The position numbers and the translations under genes were made by a program. Positions 35,501 through 47,500 of a stretch of 64,000 bases of DNA are shown here, in pieces. The number at the start of each line of letters is the position of its first letter. Positions within the stretch are counted from its first letter, which is position 1. The notes beneath the pieces are model-generated. The model made no database searches. It saw nothing but the letters and a program-made list of their open reading frames with translations, and had not been told where the DNA came from. Source of the stretch: Bugula neritina (taxonomy: Eukaryota > Animalia > Bryozoa); assembly GCA_964035545.1 (NCBI GenBank), contig OZ037765.1, positions 5,094,698 through 5,158,697 of the forward strand. Reading direction: 5' to 3'.

Positions 35501-38500
35501 ATATTTAAATAAATACCATAAATTCAATGATATATTCAAAGTATGGTGTATGTTTAGATGGGACAAGGCTATAAGAGCCAGAATTTGGATTCTAGCAACG
35601 GCTGGTGGAATGACAGGCAGTGTGAAGAATCTCGTTATTCTATTTGTCAAAGCAACAAGGTCAAAATAGCTACCCCAACAACAGCTGCCCCTCCCCCAAA
35701 AGGCTGTCCATTTGTAAGTGGATACTATAAGACTATATCAAGTACTTGGTGTTGAGACATTGCTATTGCATTAGATAGTTTATGTTGCTCTCAATTGACT
35801 CTGTGAAACTGTGTAAGAAGTATTGGGTAATCATTACTTAAAATAAAAGCAGTAGGTGCTAAGGTGTGGTAGGTTATGTGAAAGGTCTTCCTTCATATGT
35901 TCGGCTTTTCTCACCTATCTCTGCTTTGTCCTGTTCGAGTAGCGGGGAAGATCTTCCTTCATATATTCTGATTTTATTATTTTTTAATTTAAAGAGTTCT
36001 AGCAACCGAATCAAGTTAACTTGATGCACTGTTGGCTTTTTTTAATTTTTCTGTGTATACTTGAAGAACTGGAAAGCCTATCAGTCTTCCTGTTATCTGA
36101 TGATTGAACACGAGGAGACGTGGGGTCAGGCTAACACTGCTTGTCTTCAAGAAGGAGGAACACTCGTCAGAGTTAATGACCAGTAAGTGTAACACATACT
36201 CTGTCTTTGCTGGGAAATATGCAGAGGAAACTTGTCTTGGCAAGGAGACTAAGTATTTTATAGCTTTCGGTTTCGATATTAGAGATAAAGTGCAGGAAAA
36301 TATTTCTTTACAAATAAAAATGAATATGACTTTGTTTTAGGACAGATATTTATTTAAATTCTTGAAAGTATTTGTTCTATAAAGAATATTTAGGTATCGT
36401 TTGCATTAAGGGTAACATGTTGTTTTTGTTTTAATAATTTAGTTTAATAATATGTCTATTAATCAATATTTCTTATGTAGCTGCTGAGCTAGTTTGGGAG
36501 ACAGTCAGGTTTATTTATGTTTTTGAACAATATTATTTTTATTTTTGAGAAATATTTATATTTTTGAACAAAATATGTCTCTGCATATTTTCAACACATT
36601 TTCTCAGACGAAAAGATGCAAGATTCTCAAGTATTGGAGGCTCTAGGAAATTGTGTCTGCATTGTTTTTGTAATAAAGCTTCTAATTGTATAAACATTTC
36701 ATTTTAGCTTCTTGCCTTCACCACTGATGAGCGTAGTTGTGGTTCTGTAGTGCATTGAGTTCACTATGCAGATGCTGTACTGTAATGTAGGTTTGAGCAG
36801 AGTTTCCTAACAAAGGAGTTGTATGCTAGACAAGGATACAGGTATGACAAGGCAGCCACCCGCTACTGGGTTGACCTCCGATATAAAACTTCAACTAAAG
36901 AGTTTGTCTGGTCTAATGACTGGGATGTCATTCCATACACTAACTGGGCAAAAAGATATCCATTTGCGTCTTACTCTGTGACCACCAGTAAGTGTTGTTT
37001 GATTTTCAATGACTATTTTCAGCACCAAATAGTTATCTAGCTTAATATGTTGACTTGCGGTCAGTGTCTATGGTATTTTACAATTTTACAATTCTTTGAT
37101 CGCTTATGCCTGCAATATTCTTTTTAAGCTAGTTTATTTTCGTTTTCTATCATATTTTTACCGAAAAGTTATTTGTGGTATAGTTTTTGTTCATGCTATT
37201 TTGAACATGTATGGCTTCAGTATAATGAATTGTAAACACATACATATGAATTTAACAATACAATTTTATTACCACCTTGTGATTATAGTTTATCTTGTTT
37301 GTAGCACCTAGCAGTATTGGCATCTTTGCTCCAACAACGTTGTGTGTGGCTATGAATGGTAAGAATGAAGTGCCCCCAGGGGGCTGGGTTACAAGGTCCT
37401 GTGCTGGCAGAGCCTTCCCACTGTGTGAGAGACCTAGGGATGGGTACAAACAGCCTCCTCTTCCCACCTTGGCACCAGAAGACCTCTTTTGTCCAAGCGG
37501 TTGGTTTGGTGTTGGTTCCAACTGTTACCAGGTGTGTCCTAAACTAGTTTCTTCTACTGTAATTGTTTTTATGTGACTAGATCAAGTATGTAACATCTGA
37601 AATGTATTTGAAAGGTCAACCAGCCACAGGAAGCCATAGATAAGAAATCCTGGATGAGCGCAGAGCAGCATTGTGCTAAACAAGGAGCTCATTTAGCCTC
37701 CTTCAGTCATGGAAAAGACAATGATGATCTGTGGAAATCTCAGATTCTGTATGTATATACTGCACTGTGTCTTCTTTGGATGCGTTCTTTTTGATGATTT
37801 TGAGTTCATTTAAAGACACGTGACCTTACATGAAAATAAAAATCAACTGAATTTTTCTAATATTGGTATATTTACTAAGTTACTAAACAGCAAAGCTCAA
37901 ACTGACTAAACATAGTATATAACGACTTAGTATTCAGATGTCTATTGAAAGTCTGAACCTTCCTTAGCCTGCCTAATATATATGTTTATCGATAATATAT
38001 TTTATGATATATAGAGGCAAAAGTGAGTAATATTTATTCCTATGTACTTTTGACTCAGACGAATTTTGCTACTATAGGACATAATTCTATAATGGAAGTA
38101 TAAGATAGCCTTAAAGTTGTCCAAATTTATAACATTTTGTATCATAGTTTATAAATTTAAAACCACACTATTTTATAAAATCTTATTGGTTAGCATATGT
38201 TTATGTATAAATCTGTTGTTTGGGTGAATTTCACTAATTTGGTTTTAGAGGGCCAAACAGCGACAGCAGCCGATATTGGATTGGACTGAATGAAAGAGCT
38301 GCTGACAGCGGTGAGATATACTTTCAACTGAACCATTAATTTTATGGATATATAGATGTTTTAAGTTTTTTTGAAGTAAAATCAAATCAAACACAAGTCT
38401 TTGTTAGACTGTTTCGCTCCTTTTTTTGCTTTAAAACATTTCTACGATGTTTTATGTGAATTTTAGACAGAAAAAAAATAGTTTGGAAGTTACACTGGGT

Positions 38501-41500
38501 ATTTCTATTTGTCAAGGTTAAATTTACAAACACTTGCACATCATTTAAAGCTTTAGCAGAGTAAATAGCTAACAACCTGAAGTATTGGAGTATATTCTGG
38601 AAACTTCTAAACTTTCTTCCTTATCGCTGGTGCTGTGCTTAGAACTCAGTGGAGTTTCTGTCTGTCTGCGTGTATATCCTAGGGATTTATGTGTAATACA
38701 GGCTACAAGTGGGTGAGTGGTGATGCATTCACGTATGCTAACTGGAAAGAGGGTGAACCCAACGACTGGGATGGACTAGAACCTTGTGTTATGATGGATG
38801 GAGCTGATGGTAAATGGAATGACGAGAAATGCCATCTTTTGCTCAACTGGATCTGTAGCATTAGTCGAAGTGAGTCTTCATGCATTGTTTATGTGTAGCA
38901 CTTACTGTATACTGTGATGTTTCGTATGTAGTACTTACTGTATACTGTGATGTTTTGTATGTAGTACTTACTGTATACTGTAATGTTTCATGTGTAGCAC
39001 TTACTGTATACTGTGATGTTTCGTATGTAGCACTTACTGTATACTGTGATGTTTTGTATGTAGTACTTACTGTATACTGTGATGTTTTGTATGTAGTACT
39101 TACTGTATACTGTATTGTTTCATGTGTAGCACTTACTGTATACTGTGATGTATCATGTGTAGTACTTACTGTATACTGTGATGTATCATGTGTAGTACTT
39201 ACTGTATACTGTGTTGTTTCATATGTAGTACTTACTGTATACTATGATGTTTCATGTGAAACACTTACTGTATATCGTGATTTTGCATGTCTTATGATGA
39301 ACTGTTTCAGTTAACATTGACCTTAATGTTATTCTAGGTGATGCTGTTAACATCAAGCGCGTAACGACAACTCATGAACCAACATCTGGTCCGTGTAAGT
39401 AGACCATGTGCGGACAGTTTGAATAGTGAAACACTTATGCCTAATTCAATAAAGCAAAAGTAACCACTTTTTCATTTTAGATCCTCACCTTTAGATGAGT
39501 CATGCTTTACTTGTTTTAACTACACTCCTTAGCATGTCACGTATACATCACTTACCAAGTACGTTATCTGTTTCACTCTACAGCTGGACAATGCCCTGAT
39601 GGGGATGACTGGAAATTCTTCCAAGGAAACTGTTACTATCTGAACACAAAGCAGCAGACGTACAGAGAAGCTTCGACTCTCTGTAACGGTTTTGGTGCTC
39701 ACCTCGTTTCTATACAGTCATCTATAGAGAACAGTTTTGTCAGAGCTATAGTAAGTATTGGAGAGAATTAATATAGGAGTGTTTAGATGTTATATTGTGA
39801 GCATCTAATGTCATGAGTGAAATATACTGCAATCTTCAATTTTTTCATTCTTGTCATATTTTTCTGTCTGTAGTCCAAACATCTGGTAACTGATTTCATC
39901 GGGAGAATCACTCAGAGGTTACCTGGTGGAGTAGCCATGACAGTTTGGACTGGTCTCAATGAATTGGACAGGTCAAAAGGTCACAGGTAGGTGCTACTTT
40001 CAGCTTACTTTAGTTTGAAGTTGGTCAACAAAACTAGCCAGGTTGCTAAAAGATTGAGCTGATTTTTGCAGTAGACTACACAGACGAGTTTAATATTGAT
40101 GTAATGTAGTTTAGGTGTCCTGCCACTAAAGTAAAATAAATTTATCCACTCAGTTTTGAATTTAGTTGTTATCTTCTGCTACTAGTTGTTATATGTACCG
40201 TGAAGGTTGAGAAGATCGTCACTAATTTACAGGTGGTCTGACGGGGCGGGATATAAGTTCTCCAACTGGGCACTAAACGAACCCAATGATTACGGTGGAG
40301 GGGAGTACTGTACTGGATTGTTGGTAGCCAGTGGTAAGTTTGTTGTTATGACGCCGCATTCATGGCCGCATTCACTATGTCGTTTCTAGCTGGTCATTTC
40401 TAATTCGTAGGTTTGGTGTTGTGTGTTACCATAATATGTCTCTTTATATGTTTTTTCTGTTACATTTCCACTAGTTTTATGAATCACTGTTTTTTGTGTT
40501 GGGAGTGTAGGCTGCTTGAAGTTTGACATTGAATTATACAGAGAGTTCTGTATACTCAGGTGAATGGAATGACATGCACTGCTCAGCAAGAATTCCATCC
40601 ATCTGCAAGAAGAACCCAACGTCTGTGAAACCCATAAGTCCTACACCTCCCACACTAATAGATGCTTACTGTCCTTCGGGTAAGTCTCAGGGCTTGTTGA
40701 CAGTTTCTCTTGATTGATATATTTTTTATCTAACTAAACCTTAGCATTGTTTTGCAGTTATCTATGAGAAGGCAACTCTCAATGTGCACACTGGGTGATT
40801 ATTATGTACTAGGTATATCTTCACCCTATGGCAAACTTTAAATGTGGTTATAGTAAGAGGAACCTGAAATTACAATATTACCAATATTGCAGGTTACATG
40901 GGTTTTGAGAATTATTGCTACAAGATGGTAGTAAACAAGAGGTTAAACTGGACGTCTGCAGAATTTATTTGTGGTACAGAGGGAGGGCATCTGGCATATA
41001 TTCGTAACAGCAGAGAGCAGAGTAAGTATTGTAAACAATAAAGTATGTCTATTAGTGTAAGTAGCAAGTAAATGGTAGAGTCTCTCTTGCAGTCAGTCGA
41101 TACGACTATGACTGTTTTATGGATTCGGCTTAGATTTGGTTGCAGCTCTCCACGCAGCTCTGTTGTCAGCTGTCTGCTGCCAAGAACTCAAGTTTATTGC
41201 TCTCCATTTCATATTCCTCTTAGCAACATCTTTAAGTCTGAGTCTAGGTCGCCCTGTATTTCGTTTACCCTCTTTCAGCTGAGAGTAGAGCAATTGTCTT
41301 GGTAGCCGGCTATGTTCCATACTGTGCACATGGCCTAGCCATCTCAAGTTCTTTTCTATAAGGATGTCGGCCATGCTTGGCAAATTGGCACGTCTTAACA
41401 TTTCTTCATTCGTAACTTTGTCATACCATTTTACAGCCATTATGTCTCTCAGTTGCCTCATCATGAAAGCGCTTAGCTTCTTCACCTGTGTCCTGTATAT

Positions 41501-44500
41501 TGTCCATGTTTCTGCTCCATACAGCAGGCTTGAGAGCACCATCGCTCTGTAGACTTTACACTTTACCCTGATGGATACATGTCTGTTGTTCCAGAGTCTC
41601 TGCTGCAGCTTTCCGTAAGCCGCACTTGCTTCAGGTTCAGGTGGAGGGTGGATGAGTTTGATTGGCTGGTACATGCATTCTGTCTTTTTAATGTAGAGTA
41701 TAGCAAGATAAAGAGGTATACATGTGTTCATATTGGTGTTTTTAGCTTTCCTGACCAGCCAGCTGAATGCGGCAAAGAAAGCGAATGTTGCCTTGTGGTT
41801 GGGTCTGAAACATGGAAGTCTACACGGAGGTGTGTACTTCCGGCATACTGATTCTTACATGTGGTCATCTAATGAAGATGTCACTTATACCAACTGGAAT
41901 CATGGTGAACCCAATGGACAGAACCAGGTTACTAGTTATATTTTAATTACCAAATTAATAAGTTATTTGACTTGTTGTAATTTAGTACATTCTATTTTAA
42001 TCATAGTATTAATAATCATACTTGCATGTATTCTAGCTGTAAGCATTTTTCTGTTAATTGTTGAATTTTTAATAATTTTTTTTTGTTTCTCCAGAGATAT
42101 AATGTTTCATCAGATCAAAATTGAACTCCTAGTTTAAAAACAGAAGATAGGCAGTCATTATCAACATCTTAAACTTAAACATGCTAAAGTAGGTGCTTCA
42201 CTATTATTAAAATTTCCTTCTTCGAAAGTCATTTTGCATGTGAAAACTTTAGGAGGCATGTACGGAGATGCTGTTCAACCCAGCTGGCAGGTGGAACGAT
42301 GTCAGTTGTGCTTCAGAAAGAGGCTATATTTGTCGTAAGCCTAAAGACGGGACTGTAAAGACCCCTCCTGCCCAAGACAACTTTGGCTGTCCCCAAGGCT
42401 TCATTAAATGGGAGAACTCATGCTATAAGTACATCAGGTAATGGCGGAAAAAGCTTTTAGTAGTTTTTACCAACTTGGAAATATTTAGGGCTGATTGCAA
42501 TAGAATTGTAACATAAGTTTGAATTCTCTTGAAAAGTGGTATTTGTTTTTTAAGGTCTTATTTTGTAAAAAATAATATAGATTAGCAACTGCTTTACTCT
42601 CTTGTGTATAGCCAAAAGGGTACGTGGAGTTATATGGACGCCAGAGTGTGTGGTTCTGATGCTAACCTTCTATCCATCCAAGACCCATATGAGTATGCTT
42701 TTGTAAGGACTTTCATGTGGAAAAACAAACCAAGTGAAGATGTGTGGATAGGATTGTCTTCCCCTGCTGTATGTCTAAAGCAAGCTTTTGTTTTCAATTG
42801 CCACTTGTATCTTGTAAGGTCTACGGGAAATAAAATATGAAGGCATTCGGCCATCTGCTATTATGTAGATATCAGCAGAAAATTTATTCAACATGAATAT
42901 ATCAGAAAAAAAACCTTTGTAGTATTAAAGAAAAAAAATATCCCGAGAAGTTTTTTCTATTCTTAATGATTGAGGCATTTGTTTTTTTGTATATATTTTC
43001 ACAGTTTAAAATATGTAATCCTAAGTTTTGACGATGTGGAGAAGCATTATCAGAGCATTTAAATGGTTTCACATGTGAAAGCTGAACCAAGGAATACATT
43101 AATTAGGAGACTACAGTAGCTTAAATAAATCCTTTTTTCAATGTAACTGATATTTTATTTATAATTGAGAGTTGTGCCTCCTTAGCAGGTACATACTTTA
43201 ATCACACTTCTATTAACCAAAGTGGCGACAGCTTACACACTGAATGATTTATGGGATTTAAATGCTAGCTGCCACTGTAGCACTTCTCTATAAACAAATG
43301 ACCATGAAAACCCTTTTAAGCTCTCTTTTTTTTTTAAATTTGCTGTGAAGAAATATTGTTAAATATTTTTTTAAAAATACTATTGTGTGTGCTACTACCA
43401 AAATGTTTATTTACTAGAGGAACAAGTATTTAGCATAATTTAGGTATATTTAGCAGTCAAACTGTAAATTTTCATCGAGACTGCAGCTATATATTAAGGT
43501 GAAAGTATGCGCTACGTAAATAATGGGTGATTATCATACCACGTATACTGCAATATTCCTGACATTAATGGACTTAAACATGGTGTGCAAATGTCAGCCT
43601 CTGTTTAACTTGACACTCTTAAAGTGTATGCTGGGAATATTTTGGTGTATATTATTATTTATTTAGCACCTGTTCTGGTGTGTTTTACTTTTAAAACACA
43701 CGATTGATATTTTAGGACTCAAGCGGATTTGATTGGTCAAATGCCTGGCCAGTGGTTGTGACGTACTGGGGTGATAATGAGCCTTCATATTTGAAAGATT
43801 ATAAGAGTTGTGTGCTCATGGATACTGGATACGGCGAAGATGATGGGAAATGGAAAGTTAGGATATGCAATGAGATGCACTCGGCCATTTGCAAGAAACC
43901 GCTTGGTGAGTTTTTAATCTTAACTTGTTCTATGTATTCACCTCATACTGCCTTCACTCGTTTACTTCTGTTTCTATACTGAATTTCTGATTTTTCATGA
44001 CCTACAGTTTCTGAGTACTTTCAATAACATCTGCTCGAATAGTTTATATAGCCTATTTTTCTGTTAAGACTTTGCCTCTGTATTGAATTTTACAGCTGCT
44101 TTTTGCTGATGTTTGTAATGCTTATAATGTGCTTATGGTGTGCTTATGATGCTTATAATGCTTATGACCAACACTCTGCAACATTGCTTGCAGGTCATAG
44201 TGCTTTTAAATGTTGAATGATAATATTTTACCCAATAGTAAAAAGTTAGGTGTTTAAATGTAATGAGAGGGTTTTTGATCAATTTATTGGTGATGATTAT
44301 TATGATTGCTCAATTTTTAAAGGATTTTGAAACTATATTCAATTATCACAAAAGGTATGCCTTAAACCTTGGAGTATGCATTATATCACCTTGACCTTTA
44401 CAGGGGGTATACCGTACCCTCCCGCAAACACTGGAGTCTGTCGTGCGGCAGCAGGTGAGAACTGGATCCCCAACAGCGATGGTTTCTGTTACCTGTTCAA

Positions 44501-47500
44501 TGTTGACCCACGCTACACATTTGATGATGCTGAGAGAGCTTGCAGATCTGCAGGAGGTGATCTGGCATCTATTCACTCTGATGCTGACACTAACTTCATT
44601 ACCATACAGATGGAACACCTGGATGTTGTCGGTGGTAATGGCGGCACTAAACACGTTTGGATTGGCCTGAGGAAATCAGACAAGGGTAGGGTGTTATACT
44701 CATGTATTTGAGCTTTATTTTGTCTGTGTTATCTTTATTCAGAAAACATATTTAAACTAAATTTATTTAAATCCTAACAGTTTTGTTTTGCTTCCATGTG
44801 AGTTTGTGCAATATTTTTTGTTGAATTTGTTAAATTTTATATAGAAATGAGTTTGAAGTTTTCTAAAAACACTGTGGGCTCTATGTGCTTATAGAGGTGA
44901 AATGAAATGATAATCTATTTGATATTTTCTTTCTTTGCTCTTTAGGATCCCTTTCTTGGTCAGACAACTCCGGTGTAGCTTACACTAACTGGGCAAAGAG
45001 TGAGCCAAATTCCTTAGAAAACAATGAGAAGTGTACGGAGTTGTATTCCCCGTCCTCTGAGTGGAATGATGTTAACTGTCAATCTAAACGGGGATTCATA
45101 TGCCGCATTAAACAGGGTAATTGTTCAGAGTATACAATATGCATTCTACGTTCTATTCAGTTTCTGTTTCCAATTTCAGTTCCAGGTAATTTATAGGATT
45201 CTTATAGCTGTGTGATAAGTCCTGTTTTTCCCCCCAAGGACTTGACTATCTTCTGTATGAATGTATATTTGCATGATTTCGACCTAAGATTTGTTTTAGC
45301 CGGCTTTTATTATATAATTATATATATAATTTTAAGACCTCAACACAGTGCATTGGCTCGTGTTGCTGCCGCAAGACCGTAGCGGATTGTCTGAGTCACT
45401 CTAAATTTAAATACATGTTTTAGTAAATTACTAAGAGAATAGCCAAAGTACATATTACTTACTATTTCTGTTGAAATGTTCTGCTCTGACTGCAACTAGG
45501 AACAATCCGAATTCTTGTCACTTTTTCCTGTTTATTCATTTCATCAAACAGACCAGTTAATTGCTTGTATGCCTCTTATCCCACAGGTGCCCAGCCTTCT
45601 ACTTTTCCTACTCCGATCAACGTGCCCCCCACAACCCCCTCCATAGAGACTACTACTGGTGAGTTTTCACCTCCACATTCTATAGCACTCAGCTGTGTGT
45701 TACCTATAGTTTGGTTAATACAGTTTTATACATAAACTCGAGCATCATACACAAGTTACACATGACAATATGCTTCATGAAGTAATGCACAATGCTGACT
45801 TATACACTAGTACACTATCCAACACAGATGCCATTACTGTTATTACTTTCTCAGTTTCTACTTGTACGAAAAATTAAGCAACAGTGAAAATGTAGAATGA
45901 AATATATGAAATTTTGTAAAGAAGAAAATGGGAAATGAAAATCTAAATTTTTTTAAGGCGAACTGTGTGACTTTTTGCTTTTTAAGAATGGTTAACTCTG
46001 CCACTTCATATATAAATGATGTTTAACATCCTCACTTGTATTGAAGTTCAACCATGTCAACTTCGAGGATGGAAATACTACAATGGGAGTTGTTATCTCA
46101 TGGTTTCACAGTCTAACGAATATCTAAGGTGGAATCAAGCTAATGACTACTGTAAAGCCCCTGGAAGAGAGGCCTATCTGGTGTCAATACAGAGGTTGGT
46201 GGTTTTAAACTGTATAGTAGCTGTGCTGATTATCAAGTCTATGTTTACACATTGAATTATTTTTAGCCTCTCAACATGTTTTTTTAGGTTAGATGATTTA
46301 GAATTTTTCATTAGCTTTTTATTATTATACAGGAAACTCTCATTTTCTAATATAGAAAAATACCTTGATAAAATAATTATATAATTTTCATAAACTAGAA
46401 AAGTATGCATCATGAGTTATATTATATTGGCTAAATACGATCAGTTACCTGTCCACTTTCTATCTAAACTTTCTGTCACAGCGAAGCCGAGAATCAGTGG
46501 ATAGTGAACAACCTTCTACCGAGTGACGTTGAAGAGGTTGCTTGGCTGGGTCTAGCTAAGATGTATTCGGAAAGTGAACTCAGATGGGCTGACAATAGTT
46601 CCTTCCAATACACCAACCTCATTGATCATTCTCTACCTGGAACACAGGCTATGGAGTGTGTAGGCATTTCTGCCGGTGAGTTTCTGCTGAGTTTTATTCA
46701 GTGACTACTTCAGGATTGGGTGGTGTGCCGTATAGTCCGTAATATGTAGTCACTGATCACGGTGTAATCTATGGATCTTAGCCTAATTTACAGCAGCTGT
46801 AGAGTTGGTGTAAGTTATAAGAGGTAGTGGTTCACAGAGAATCATTCCATAAGCAGCTCCGAGTTGGGGGTTGGGGTTTCAACAGGCCCCAATTCCAAAC
46901 TAGAGAACCCCAAAGTACTGCACTCAGTCACCCTCAACTCGAAGCTGCTTATAGAGCGATTCACAAGTCTGCCTTGTATGTCTGCATCATTATGTGTAGT
47001 GAAACATGTTGAGTAAGAAAGAGTGATTACTAGTCTTTCTCAAATTTGTGTTTTGTCAATTTGTGTCTTTCTACAGAATGTGAGAGTTGTCGTACCTGAA
47101 AGTACTAATTAGTGTGAGTTGATTTTGCAGCAAAGTGGACTTTTAGGTACCTGTTGCCCAGTCGTGTTGAAAGTTTTTCTGTTTAGTTGTAATAGGTGAA
47201 AGTTGTTGTGTAAACTCTATATTTAAAGTGCTGCAATTTGCCTTGAATGAAAATTACATCAATAATTGAAGCCAGATCTGAAATTTGCTGTTATATGGAT
47301 GTGTAACCCCCTATTCACACTTACCGTACCGTACGCCGTAACAGCAGATTTTAGCGATTCTTGTTAACATCCGGAATAAATCGTACTCCGGTATACGTTG
47401 CGGCGCTGATCAAGCAGTGCTTGATTCAAAAAATCACGGCGGGCTCCTATTGGGTGGAATTGATCTGGTACTAAAATTTAAAGAACGTTTTCGCTAGTTT

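Noticed and set aside
38880-39314. 144-aa Cys/Val periodic ORF or CRISPR-like array
   Set aside because: Intronic 33-bp minisatellite with no unique spacers; eukaryotic context.
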